Positions 20,386 to 29,642 of a stretch of 64,000 nucleotides of DNA are shown here, piece after piece. A program made the position numbers and the translations under genes. A model generated the notes under the pieces. The model ran no database searches. It saw only the letters and a program-made list of their open reading frames with translations, and was not told the DNA's origin. This stretch comes from Clostridia bacterium (GTDB taxonomy: Bacteria; Bacillota; Clostridia; UBA1212), in assembly GCA_017625675.1 (NCBI GenBank), contig JAGAKK010000030.1, positions 10,509-74,508 on the forward strand, read 5' to 3'. How positions within the stretch are numbered: position 1 is the stretch's first letter; the number at the start of each line of letters is the position of its first letter.

Positions 20386-21015
20386 ATGAGCTGCGAGAAT
20401 ACAGAGAATAAAAAAGTACTTACCACTCCTTTTCGTGAAGAGGATATACGAAGTCTCAGAGCAGGGGATGTTATTTACATAAGCGGTACTATGGTGACGG
20501 CCCGTGATGACGGTCATAAAAGACTTGTGAAAAACGGTGTTTTTCCGGAGATAGACCTTGAAGGTCTTGCTCTTTATCATGCAGGGCCTATTGTCTGTAA
20601 AAATGACGCAGGCGGGTATGATATGGTATCCTGTGGACCCACCACCAGTATGCGAATGGAGAAATTTCAGGCCGAATTTATTGAAAGGTCGGGTGTCAGG
20701 CTGATTGTGGGAAAAGGCGGTATGGGTGAGAAAACTGCTGAAGCCTGTAGGAAATACGGCGCAGCACACGGTGTTTTTCCGGGAGGTTGCGCTGTGGTGG
20801 CCGCTAAGTGCGTGGAAGAGATAACAGGCGTTGAGTGGGAGGACCTTGGTATGCCTGAGGCGCTCTGGAAGTTCAGAGTGAAAGAATTCGGTCCTATTAT
20901 CGTGAATATTGATACCCACGGCGGAAATATGATAGCGGACAATAAAAAGATTTTTGAAGAAAGAAAAGCAGAACAGAAGAAGGTTCTTTCGGAAAAGCTC
21001 AAAGATTTTCATTAA
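20386..21015 (+). CDS. ttdB: L(+)-tartrate dehydratase beta subunit
   Basis: [34 protein letters not shown]. Confidence 0.85.
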   Translation: MSCENTENKKVLTTPFREEDIRSLRAGDVIYISGTMVTARDDGHKRLVKNGVFPEIDLEGLALYHAGPIVCKNDAGGYDMVSCGPTTSMRMEKFQAEFIERSGVRLIVGKGGMGEKTAEACRKYGAAHGVFPGGCAVVAAKCVEEITGVEWEDLGMPEALWKFRVKEFGPIIVNIDTHGGNMIADNKKIFEERKAEQKKVLSEKLKDFH

Positions 21016-21038
21016 AGTTTTACATTAGGGAGAAAAGA

Positions 21039-21326
21039 ATGAAGGAAATAGTTACAACAATCGTCTTGATTTATCTTGTAATTATGAATATTGCAGGCTT
21101 TGCATCAATGGGTATTGATAAGGGAAAGGCAAAAAAACATGAGAGACGTATTTCTGAAAAGGCGCTTCTGACTGTAGCGGCCCTTGGCGGGTCCCTTGGT
21201 TCATTTGCAGGGATGAGTACGTTCAGGCATAAAACGAAGCATATAAAATTTACGATTTGCGTGCCTTTGTTTTTAATAATACATATTTTTGTTATCGGCT
21301 TTTTAATCTGGAGGTTTATTATCTGA
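21039..21326 (+). CDS. DUF1294 family membrane protein
   Basis: DK.KA....RISE..L...A..GGS.G...M..FRHKTK. Confidence 0.88.
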   Translation: MKEIVTTIVLIYLVIMNIAGFASMGIDKGKAKKHERRISEKALLTVAALGGSLGSFAGMSTFRHKTKHIKFTICVPLFLIIHIFVIGFLIWRFII

Positions 21327-22321
21327 TGGTAGTACAGTGGTTTCCGGGACACATGGCGAGAGCCAGAAGGGTCCTGGAGGAAAATTTAAAATTGGTGGAT
21401 ATCGTTGTGGAGCTTGCTGATGCAAGGCTTCCTTTCAGCAGCAGAAATCCCGAAATAGACAGGATACTTGGGAATAAGCCTCGTGTGATAGTTTTTAACA
21501 AGGCGGACCTTGCTGATCCGTCCGTCAGTTCATACTGGATGAATTATTACCGCGGAAAGGGGATTCATACAGTCTTTACTGATTGCAGGTCGGGAGACGG
21601 CGTGAAAAAAGTAATTGATGAAATTACTGATACCATGGCGGAGAAGGTGGCAAGGCTTATTGAAAAAGGCAGGCGAGAGCCTGTTATCCATGCTATGATT
21701 GTGGGAATTCCAAACGTAGGAAAGTCCTCGTTTATTAACAGGGTTGCAGGAAAGGCTGTGGCGGTTACCGGGGACAAGCCCGGTGTCACCAGAAATAAGC
21801 AATGGCTTAAAATGAACAAGGATATATTCCTTCTTGACACTCCGGGACTTTTGTGGCCGAAGATTGAAAATCAAAGGTCTGCCATTAAGCTTGCTTGCAG
21901 CGGCGCAATAAAGGATGATATTCTTGATACAGGGGAATTGGCGGCTTTTCTTCTTTGTTATCTGGAGGATAATTACCCTGAGGCGCTTACAGAGAGGTTT
22001 AAAATTGACCTTGCAAAAGATGAAGAGGATGAATACTTTGATGAATATATGTCGGAGAGCGTTGTGGGAAATGACGTTATCCGCAGAGGAGTGAAGCTTC
22101 TGGAGGCTTGCGGAAGAAGACGAGGGTGCTTACTTAAAGGCGGAGAGGTGGATTACAACAGAGCGGCGGCGCTGGTGCTGGATGATTTCAGAGCGGGAAA
22201 ATTAGGCCGTATTTCATTGGATCTGCCGGAAGTCCTGAAGGAAGAAGAGGAACTGCAGGCAAGGCTTGCAGAAGAGGCCCGGAATAATCCTAAAAAGAAG
22301 AAAAAGAAAGGCAAGAGATAA
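21326..22321 (+). CDS. rbgA: Ribosome biogenesis GTPase RbgA (YlqF)
   Basis: WFPGHM, DAR.P, NKAD, GIPNVGKS, DTPG; ATG overlaps the upstream TGA. Confidence 0.95.
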   Translation: MVVQWFPGHMARARRVLEENLKLVDIVVELADARLPFSSRNPEIDRILGNKPRVIVFNKADLADPSVSSYWMNYYRGKGIHTVFTDCRSGDGVKKVIDEITDTMAEKVARLIEKGRREPVIHAMIVGIPNVGKSSFINRVAGKAVAVTGDKPGVTRNKQWLKMNKDIFLLDTPGLLWPKIENQRSAIKLACSGAIKDDILDTGELAAFLLCYLEDNYPEALTERFKIDLAKDEEDEYFDEYMSESVVGNDVIRRGVKLLEACGRRRGCLLKGGEVDYNRAAALVLDDFRAGKLGRISLDLPEVLKEEEELQARLAEEARNNPKKKKKKGKR

Positions 22322-22323
22322 CA

Positions 22324-22980
22324 TTGGGCAAAAAAGTTACTCAGAAGCTTACGCATGAAGAGCTTCTTGATTTTGAAAGAAAATGTAAAGAGAACGGTTA
22401 TCGCTTGGTGTGCGGCGTTGATGAAGCTGGAAGAGGACCTTTGGCAGGTCCTGTTGTGGCGGCTTGCGTTGTTTTTGATACGGACTGTGAGTATCCTATG
22501 GCGGATGATTCTAAAAAGCTTTCGGAAAAGCAACGTGAAAAGCTCTACGATGACGTTATTTCCTCTTGTAAGGCTTGGGGTGTAGGAATAAGTGACTGTG
22601 ACGTAATTGACGAAATAAACATATTACAGGCCACTTTCCGTGCTATGCGTCAGGCGGTAGCAGAGGCTGAGAAAATGTTGGGCTCGCCCATTGACGCGGC
22701 ACTGGTGGATCACGTTCATATACCTGATTTGCCTTCTCATATAAATCAGATCTCAATTACTCACGGAGACGCATTATCGGTGTCCATTGGAGCGGCTTCC
22801 ATTATTGCGAAGGTGACAAGGGATCGGATGATGGTGAAGTACGCAGAGGAATATCCGGGTTACGGATTTGAAAAGCACAAGGGCTATGGTACGAAGGCCC
22901 ATTATGCGGCAATAGAGGCACAAGGAATATCACCTATACATCGCAGAACTTTCTTGAAAAATATACTTGAAAAACAGTGA
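22324..22980 (+). CDS. rnhB: Ribonuclease HII
   Basis: GVDEAGRGPLAGPV, DSKKL, AASIIAKVTRD, HKGYGT, HRRTF. Confidence 0.95.
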   Translation: MGKKVTQKLTHEELLDFERKCKENGYRLVCGVDEAGRGPLAGPVVAACVVFDTDCEYPMADDSKKLSEKQREKLYDDVISSCKAWGVGISDCDVIDEINILQATFRAMRQAVAEAEKMLGSPIDAALVDHVHIPDLPSHINQISITHGDALSVSIGAASIIAKVTRDRMMVKYAEEYPGYGFEKHKGYGTKAHYAAIEAQGISPIHRRTFLKNILEKQ

Positions 22981-22993
22981 TTAACAGAAGGTT

Positions 22994-23407
22994 GTGGAAT
23001 GCTTGGATAATAACAAAAGGCATATCGGCTCGCTTGGTGAAAATGCGGCGGCAGAGTTTTACGCATCTGAAGGTTTTGATATTTTGAAAAGAAACTGGCG
23101 CTATAAGAGGCTTGGAGAGGTTGATATAATTGCCGGAAAAGGCGATGTGATAGTTTTTTCGGAGGTTAAGTTCCGTTCCGAGAAAAAGTTTTCACAGGCC
23201 TCAGAAGCAGTTAATTCTGATAAGCAGAGAAGAATCAGGAAACTTGCTGAGATATTTACTTTGCAGAATTGTTCTTTATACGGCGAAAAATACGTAAGGT
23301 TTGACGTTGCGGAGGTTTATCCCTGCAGTGCATATACAAAAAGTGAAATTTCCGGGCTGTTTGTGTCTGATGATATGGTGGTTTCGGTTATTGAAAATGC
23401 ATTTTAA
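22994..23407 (+). CDS. yraN: YraN family putative endonuclease
   Basis: G..GE..A, GEVDII, EVK.R, RFDV, IENAF; follows rnhB. Confidence 0.88.
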   Translation: MECLDNNKRHIGSLGENAAAEFYASEGFDILKRNWRYKRLGEVDIIAGKGDVIVFSEVKFRSEKKFSQASEAVNSDKQRRIRKLAEIFTLQNCSLYGEKYVRFDVAEVYPCSAYTKSEISGLFVSDDMVVSVIENAF

Positions 23408-23425
23408 TTCATAAGGAGTTTTATT

Positions 23426-23926
23426 ATGTCTCAAAAGAATAAAAAAGGTTTCAGTTTGAAGTCCTTTATAAAAAATCATATTATCGGTGTCGTTATCGCT
23501 GGGGCCCTTGCCGTTGCGGTGTGGTATCTGTGCGGATATAATTTGGTTTTGCTGTTGGCAGGCTTTATAATCGGATACTTTTTTGTAGGCATTATCGTTG
23601 AACTTCTTTTGGGCGCTGTTTCTTTTGAGAAGTTTATCTCAAAACAGGAGCAGATGGACGCGGCTGAACCATGGAAGGTGGAGCGTAGAAAAAGGCTGGG
23701 AGACGTTGAACCTGTTGAGAGCGACAAGGCTACGGTTATGAAATGTGTGACTATGTGTAACGTAAAAGTCGGAAAAATGTCAGACGTTACCGGTGAAGCG
23801 TCCTCTGAGATGCCTGAAAAGAAGCGACGAAAAAGAAGATTGGCAGACGAGATAGAAATTGAGGTCGAATCTGAGACTGCTGATATAGAAAGGCTGTTTG
23901 AGGAGGTTGAAGAGAGTGAAGGATAA
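23426..23926 (+). CDS. Hypothetical membrane protein (two N-terminal TM helices, charged tail)
   Basis: AAGGAG RBS; hydrophobic residues ~19-64; overlaps the ftsK start. Confidence 0.75.
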   Translation: MSQKNKKGFSLKSFIKNHIIGVVIAGALAVAVWYLCGYNLVLLLAGFIIGYFFVGIIVELLLGAVSFEKFISKQEQMDAAEPWKVERRKRLGDVEPVESDKATVMKCVTMCNVKVGKMSDVTGEASSEMPEKKRRKRRLADEIEIEVESETADIERLFEEVEESEG

Positions 23927-26372
23927 ATTTTCTATTGAGGAATTCGTTGAAGATTCCGTGCCTTCCCTTGATGAAAATGACAAAGCATTTCAAAGTATCA
24001 GTGATGAGTTTGAAAAACGTATAAACAGTATACCCGGCGGAAAAACCTCATTGATGAGGGCGCGCATAAAGGGTAAAATAGAAAGAATACGCAGCAGTAT
24101 TGTACCTGACACGTCTGAGCTCAGGGGCGGTGTAGATGCGCCTGAAAACGAAGACTTCCGGGCCACAGAAGGGGAAGAAGATTTCTCTTCCTTTGCTGAC
24201 GAAAACGATAATGATAATAACGATAATGATAATAACGACAATGGCTATGGCAATGTTTCGGATACTTGTGAAGCGGCAGAAGAAGAGAAATCTGATATCT
24301 GGACAGGCAGTGTATTGGACAGACTGCGTTCTTTTGGGTATATAAAAGTGGCTGATGAGCCTGCTGAGTCGTCAATCTTTTTTGATGATCTTGATGATGA
24401 AAATGCTTCTGAACAGTCTGATGAATACGATATAGTAGAAGACGAAGCGGAAGAGAATGTTGATTGTCCGGAAGACACTTCTTGTGTAGCCTATGAGCCG
24501 GCTTCATGGGGGTCGGATGATTTTGCAGATGAATTTTTCCGTGAGAAACTGCGTGATGATTCTGAACCGGTTGGAGCGCCTGTTGGAGCGCCTGTTGAAG
24601 AATTTGTTGAAGAACAAAGCCGGGAAGAAGATCTGGAGACAAAGTTCAGAAGAAGTGAAAGAGAAGGTCAGTCAATATCCGTAAGAAGGAAAACCTCCGG
24701 CATCAGCGGAAAGAACAGAGAGAATTCTGTTAATAAAGCTGACACAGAGAAGAAGACTGCTCCTGCGACCTATGACGTGCAAAAAGTGGTTGGATACGAG
24801 AAGTTGACGGTCATCCCAAAAAGAGAGTATGTATATCCTCCCGTTGAACTTATAAGGCCGGATGACGTGTTTAATATAAGTGACCGTGAGAAAATTGCAA
24901 AGTCTGAAGAAGAAACCCGATACAAGGCGAATAAGCTTGTTGAAACGCTGAAGAGCTTCGGCATTGGAATAACCATTACCGGAATTACGAGAGGGCCTTC
25001 TGTTACACGATTTGAATTCCAACCGGAGATTGGTGTGAGAATAAGTAAAATAGTTTCGCTTACCGACGATATTGCTCTTAGTCTGGCGGCTTCGGCTGTT
25101 CGTATGGAGGCGCCGATCCCCGGAAAATCTGCTATAGGTATCGAGATTCCCAACGAGACCGTTGATACGGTGTACCTGTACGACGTTATCAACTCTACTG
25201 AATACAGGAATGCAAAGTCTAAAATTTCTTTTGCATTGGGAAAAGATATTGAAGGAAAAATCGTTGTGGCAGACCTTGCCAAAATGCCCCACGTACTTAT
25301 TGCAGGATCTACCGGCTCAGGTAAAAGTGTATGTATCAATACTATTATTTCGGGTATTTTGTACGGAGCATCCCCTGAGGACGTAAAGTTTATTATGATA
25401 GACCCGAAGGTTGTAGAGCTTGGTATGTATAACGACATTCCACACTTGCTGATACCTGTTGTAACAGAGCCTAAAAAGGCAGCTTCTGCCCTTGCGTGGG
25501 CTGTGGGTGAGGTGGAGCGAAGATACCACCTTTTTGCAGAGCACAGTGTCCGGGATATATTCTCTTTTAATAAGGCAAGACTTGAAAGGGACGAAATGAG
25601 TTCTCTTGAGAAAATGCCTCAGATCGTTATCATTATTGACGAGTTGGCAGACCTTATGATGGTTGCCTCGCAGGACGTTGAAAAATCAATTATACGACTT
25701 GCGCAGAAAGCCCGTGCGGCAGGTGTGCATCTGGTAATTGCAACACAAAGACCTTCTGTAGACGTTATTACAGGTCTTATTAAGGCAAATATTCCTTCGC
25801 GAATTGCATTTGCGGTGGCTTCGTCTTTTGACTCAAGGACGATACTTGACTCCATTGGTGCAGAGAAGCTTCTGGGAAGAGGAGATATGCTGTATCATCC
25901 TATCGGCGTTGCTAAGTCAAAGCGTGTTCAGGGTGCCTTTATTTCCGAAACAGAGGTTGAAAGAATTACTGAGTTTGTAAAAAATTCGTATGGTGCTCCT
26001 GAGTTCAATGAAGAAATAAAGCAAAGCATTGATCGCGGCGCAGAGGAGATGACAAAGGGCGCGTCTTCTGTAAAGAATCAGAAGGGCGATAATGAAGGAG
26101 GTTGTGATGCAGACGAGGAGCTTATGATGGTTGCTGCTGAATTGGGTCTTAAACAAAAGCAATTATCGGCGTCTAATCTCCAGAGAAAGTTAAAGCTGGG
26201 ATATTCGCGTGCTGCCAGAATTATTGATAAATTAGAGGAAATCGGATTTCTTACAGAAGCTGACGGAAGTAAGCCAAGGCAGGTGCTTATGACGGAGGCT
26301 GAATGGATTGCCTATAATTCTCCTGCTGAGGATTTTGAGGAGGATAATGAGGATGAGGATTACGATGAATAA
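23916..26372 (+). CDS. ftsK: FtsK/SpoIIIE DNA translocase lacking an N-terminal membrane domain
   Basis: [34 protein letters not shown] and gamma domain [15 protein letters not shown]; GTG 23916 with AGGAGG RBS; acidic N-terminus. Confidence 0.9.
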   Translation: MKDKFSIEEFVEDSVPSLDENDKAFQSISDEFEKRINSIPGGKTSLMRARIKGKIERIRSSIVPDTSELRGGVDAPENEDFRATEGEEDFSSFADENDNDNNDNDNNDNGYGNVSDTCEAAEEEKSDIWTGSVLDRLRSFGYIKVADEPAESSIFFDDLDDENASEQSDEYDIVEDEAEENVDCPEDTSCVAYEPASWGSDDFADEFFREKLRDDSEPVGAPVGAPVEEFVEEQSREEDLETKFRRSEREGQSISVRRKTSGISGKNRENSVNKADTEKKTAPATYDVQKVVGYEKLTVIPKREYVYPPVELIRPDDVFNISDREKIAKSEEETRYKANKLVETLKSFGIGITITGITRGPSVTRFEFQPEIGVRISKIVSLTDDIALSLAASAVRMEAPIPGKSAIGIEIPNETVDTVYLYDVINSTEYRNAKSKISFALGKDIEGKIVVADLAKMPHVLIAGSTGSGKSVCINTIISGILYGASPEDVKFIMIDPKVVELGMYNDIPHLLIPVVTEPKKAASALAWAVGEVERRYHLFAEHSVRDIFSFNKARLERDEMSSLEKMPQIVIIIDELADLMMVASQDVEKSIIRLAQKARAAGVHLVIATQRPSVDVITGLIKANIPSRIAFAVASSFDSRTILDSIGAEKLLGRGDMLYHPIGVAKSKRVQGAFISETEVERITEFVKNSYGAPEFNEEIKQSIDRGAEEMTKGASSVKNQKGDNEGGCDADEELMMVAAELGLKQKQLSASNLQRKLKLGYSRAARIIDKLEEIGFLTEADGSKPRQVLMTEAEWIAYNSPAEDFEEDNEDEDYDE

Positions 26373-26395
26373 GACGCTTAATCAATAATTAATAA

Positions 26396-26444
26396 AAAAC
26401 ACATTCTGAAAAGATTTGCTTTTCAAAATGTGTTTTGCTTTTTT
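26396..26444. terminator. Bidirectional terminator between convergent genes
   Basis: aaaacacattctgaaaag-atttg-cttttcaaaatgtgtttt. Confidence 0.7.
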
Positions 26445-26451
26445 TGTAGGA

Positions 26452-26667
26452 TTAAAGAGTGGTTTCTTTGAATTGTTTTTTTAGTTGGGCTCTTGTTATA
26501 GTAATTATGTGGGCGCAACCGTTACATTTTAATTTTATATCAGCGCCTGCTCTCAGGACTTCCCAGACGTCACTTCCGCAGGGGTGCTTTTTTTTACTTT
26601 TGAAATATGAACCGGGGACGATTGTCTGGCTTTGGCAGTCGACCGGTGTCTGGGGTAAGTCATTCAT
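26452..26667 (-). CDS. DUF951 (YyzM) family protein
   Basis: KKKHPCGS..W...R.GADIKLKC..C. Confidence 0.88.
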   Translation of the reverse strand: MNDLPQTPVDCQSQTIVPGSYFKSKKKHPCGSDVWEVLRAGADIKLKCNGCAHIITITRAQLKKQFKETTL

Positions 26668-26674
26668 TTTTTAC

Positions 26675-28009
26675 TTAGCCTTCTTTCTTGTCTGTGAAAA
26701 ACGCATTGAAAAAGTTTATTGCAATTTCAATATCTATTGATGCGCAAAATTCTCTTGCGGAGTGCATTGCAAGCATAGGTATTCCAATGTCAACGGTTGT
26801 AGTTCCAAGGTCAGCGCAGAGCATAGGTCCTATCGTAGTTCCTGTGCGTGTATCACTGTGTCCTGCGTATAGCTGATAGGGTACAGCTGCTCTCTTGCAA
26901 AGAGCAATAAACTTTGAAGATCCTGTCAGGGACGTTGAATATGATTGGTTGTGAGACGTTTTAAGAACCAGTCCTTTTCCGTGAAGAATTTTATGCTCGC
27001 TGTCACTTTTTCCTTCGTAAGAGGGGTGAGTAGCGTGGGCCATGTCACAGGAATATATAATTGACTTTTCCATAGTTTCAGCGATTAATGCGTCGCTGAC
27101 CTCTTCACAGGCTGCCTTGCAAAGTGATGAAACGAAAGCCTTTGTGAAGGCGCTTTTTGCTCCTGTGATTGACTGTGAGCCACATTCCTCGTGGTTGAAG
27201 GCAATGGCGGCAACAGGCTTTTGAGAGGATGAAACCGTTTTTTTCTCAGCAGTTTCGCATAGTCCACGGAAAAGCGTGAAGGTCATTGCCAGGTCGTCAA
27301 GGCCTGTGGCTGAAATGAATTCGTCGTTAATTCCTGAAAAAGCGGCAGGCATAGCATCGACAAGTGATATGTCAAAACTAAGAATATCCTCTCTTGACAC
27401 GTTATTGCCGGTTTGCTCAGATAACTTTACGGACAACCAGGAAATAAAGTCATTGTCATTATCCTTTCCGGACAGTGAGAAAAAGGGCAATAATTCATTC
27501 TGAATGCTGAATTTTGCATTATCGTTTACGTCGCGTACCACGTGCAGAGCTGCGCTGGGTATCACAACGGTATGATTTCCGCTGTCAATGTCTGCAAATG
27601 TTGTTTGTCCGTCTTTGGTGAGAAAGGAAACACGTCCTGTAAGCTTCAGGGGTCTGTCCATCCAGGTGTGATTTATTGTGCTTCCGTAAACCTCCACGGA
27701 AAGGCGTTCTATGCCGTTGCTTGCCTTTGTGGGGTGGGGCTTTAGCTTCAGAACAGGATGATCTATGTGGGCTGCGCCAATGCCGATACCATCTGAAATA
27801 TCATTGCCCTTTATGAACGCGGCAAGACAAAGGTCTCCGTAGGTAGTGTAATAGAGACCGCCTGTTGTGAGATCTTTATTTATTTCAGATAATTTTACTT
27901 CCTTTGCCCCCGCATTTTTCAACATGCTTTTTAAACTGTCAATGGTTTTATACGGTGTTGGGGAGGCGTTAATAAACTCAATGAGCGCCTGTGCGCTTTT
28001 GTTAGCCAT
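26675..28009 (-). CDS. M18 family aminopeptidase
   Basis: SPTPY, AHIDHP, VEVYG, W.DR.L, LDDL, HEECGS, DMAHA.HP, GTTIGP, LAMHSARE. Confidence 0.9.
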   Translation of the reverse strand: MANKSAQALIEFINASPTPYKTIDSLKSMLKNAGAKEVKLSEINKDLTTGGLYYTTYGDLCLAAFIKGNDISDGIGIGAAHIDHPVLKLKPHPTKASNGIERLSVEVYGSTINHTWMDRPLKLTGRVSFLTKDGQTTFADIDSGNHTVVIPSAALHVVRDVNDNAKFSIQNELLPFFSLSGKDNDNDFISWLSVKLSEQTGNNVSREDILSFDISLVDAMPAAFSGINDEFISATGLDDLAMTFTLFRGLCETAEKKTVSSSQKPVAAIAFNHEECGSQSITGAKSAFTKAFVSSLCKAACEEVSDALIAETMEKSIIYSCDMAHATHPSYEGKSDSEHKILHGKGLVLKTSHNQSYSTSLTGSSKFIALCKRAAVPYQLYAGHSDTRTGTTIGPMLCADLGTTTVDIGIPMLAMHSAREFCASIDIEIAINFFNAFFTDKKEG

Positions 28010-28039
28010 AATATTCTCCTGTTTTTATATTTTTAATGA

Positions 28040-28534
28040 TTACAGCAGATAGTCCGGCAAGGTTCTGCGGCTGAGATCTGCAACTGTTTTTTCTTTGGGC
28101 AGGTATGCAGAGTCTGCTGTGAATTTTGAAAGCTCACTGATAAGCATTGCCGCCTTTTCATCATCTGTTTCAATGATTTTTGCGTCAATTTCTTTTATGC
28201 CCAGCTTCTTGGCTGCAAAAAGTCTTTTGTGGCCTGCAATGACTCTGTATTCTTTTCCTGTTTTTCTGAGAATAAGGGGCTCAATTATGCCGTGCTTTTC
28301 TACAGAGGCAACAAGGTCCTTCCACAAAGCTCCGCAGGCAATGCTGCTCTCTGAATATGTTGAAACGATTTCAGAAACAGGGACTTTGCAAAAACTGTCG
28401 GAAACTTCGGTTACAACAGGTGCTGTTTTTTCTGCAGGCGCGGTGCTTACTGAGAAAACTGCTGCGGCTTCTGTCTTTTTTTCTTTAGATACCGCTTTCT
28501 CTGCGCGGCTGATACTGCTTTTACCTATTGACAA
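28040..28534 (-). CDS. Short ParB N-terminal (ParBc/Srx) domain protein without HTH
   Basis: SV..HGIIEPLILR...Y.VIAGHKRL.AAKKLG; only 164 aa; overlaps the parA stop. Confidence 0.8.
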   Translation of the reverse strand: MSIGKSSISRAEKAVSKEKKTEAAAVFSVSTAPAEKTAPVVTEVSDSFCKVPVSEIVSTYSESSIACGALWKDLVASVEKHGIIEPLILRKTGKEYRVIAGHKRLFAAKKLGIKEIDAKIIETDDEKAAMLISELSKFTADSAYLPKEKTVADLSRRTLPDYLL

Positions 28535-29312
28535 TTGAATCTACCTCCTTTGCAAGGGCCATATAATCTTCTGAACTTCTGCATTTAGAACTGAATGCGA
28601 GAACCGGTTTGCTTTCGTCCTGCGCTTTTTCAATATTAACGTCAACGCGTATGTAGGACTTGAAAACGTAGGTGTCCGCTTCGCGAAGTGTTTCCATGGT
28701 CTGCTTGAAATAGTTCTTTCTCTCGGAAGCCTTTGTGACTGCGATACCCATTATGGAAAGCTCCGGTGCAATCTCTCTTATCTGGGAGATGAACTCGAAC
28801 ATGTTTGCAAGTCCGAAAAGGCCCCAGGGACTTGCTTCTACGGGGATGATAATGTGATCTGATGCCGCAAGGATATTGATTACCCACGTGCCGAGCATCG
28901 GTGGCGCATCAATCAATATATAGTCGTAAACGCCGCTTTCTTTTACCTTAGAAAGACATTTTTTCAGAACGAACTCTCTCTGCATTTTCGTGAAAAGCTC
29001 AAACTCGATACCGCTCATAAGTGTGGAAGAGGGTATTACGTCAAGGTTTTCGTACTTTGTGTGGGCAATGCAATCTGTGAGATCTTTCTGCTGTTTGATC
29101 GCCTGAAATAAATTCTTTTCACCCTGGGCAAGGTCAAAAACCGTGTCTTCGTCAAAATATGAAAGTGAAAGATTAAGCTGCATATCGGCGTCGATAAGGA
29201 GAACCTTAGAACCGAGCTTTGTGAGAGCATAGCCGAGGTTCGCGCAAGTGGTAGATTTTCCGCTGCCGCCTTTGTTGTTTGCAAAACATATTACCTGAGT
29301 TTTTCGTGGCAT
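28521..29312 (-). CDS. ParA/Soj family ATPase (orphan)
   Basis: NNKGGSGKST deviant Walker A, IDAD.Q.NLS, YILIDAPP. Confidence 0.92.
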   Translation of the reverse strand: MPRKTQVICFANNKGGSGKSTTCANLGYALTKLGSKVLLIDADMQLNLSLSYFDEDTVFDLAQGEKNLFQAIKQQKDLTDCIAHTKYENLDVIPSSTLMSGIEFELFTKMQREFVLKKCLSKVKESGVYDYILIDAPPMLGTWVINILAASDHIIIPVEASPWGLFGLANMFEFISQIREIAPELSIMGIAVTKASERKNYFKQTMETLREADTYVFKSYIRVDVNIEKAQDESKPVLAFSSKCRSSEDYMALAKEVDSIVNR

Positions 29313-29358
29313 AACGTACCGTTCCTTTCCAAGGTGATGTCAATTATTATATACAGAC

Positions 29359-29387
29359 ATTTTAACACATAATAACTGAATATTCAA
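29359..29387 (-). promoter_or_regulatory. sigmaA-type promoter for the parA operon
   Basis: TTGAAT-17 nt-TAAAAT with TGn on the minus strand. Confidence 0.6.
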
Positions 29388-29525
29388 TAATAAAAACATG
29401 TGAAACGAAGCGTTCCTGATGCTGCTGTAAACACTGATGGCATCGTTTTCGGTGCAATTTTTCTGCGCCGCCGAAGTGCTACTGTTTTTTTGAGAAATCC
29501 TTTTGTTTAAAGGGTTTGCGGCCCG

Positions 29526-29552
29526 TGAGTCAGGGGGCAGGTCCCTGACTCA
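29526..29552. repeat. REP-like hairpin related to the 1640-1703 arms
   Basis: tgagtcaggg-ggcaggt-ccctgactca; shares gtcagggggcaggtc with 1643-1657. Confidence 0.8.
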
Positions 29553-29582
29553 TTTGAAGGCGGGGGCTTGACTCATTTTGCC

Positions 29583-29611
29583 TTTACAAATATGCAGAGT
29601 TGTGGTAAAAT
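29583..29611 (+). promoter_or_regulatory. sigmaA-type promoter for the pepF-led operon
   Basis: TTTACA-17 nt-TAAAAT with TG extension. Confidence 0.6.
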
Positions 29612-29642
29612 TTTAAAGTGAATGTATAAGGAGGATTGTGTC

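Noticed and set aside
19468-21015. Two-subunit fumarate hydratase assignment
   Set aside because: The GGGCSLPG/GYEG and FPGGCAV motifs fit TtdA/TtdB better, although fumarase activity cannot be excluded without an assay.
24203-24243. Asp/Asn microsatellite in ftsK, and a 12-bp duplication near 24570-24597
   Set aside because: In-frame slippage in a disordered linker; unit lengths are multiples of 3, so not a phase-variation switch.
29391-29408. parS-like catgtgaaac upstream of parA
   Set aside because: Only the right half of TGTTTCACGTGAAACA matches; it is not palindromic.
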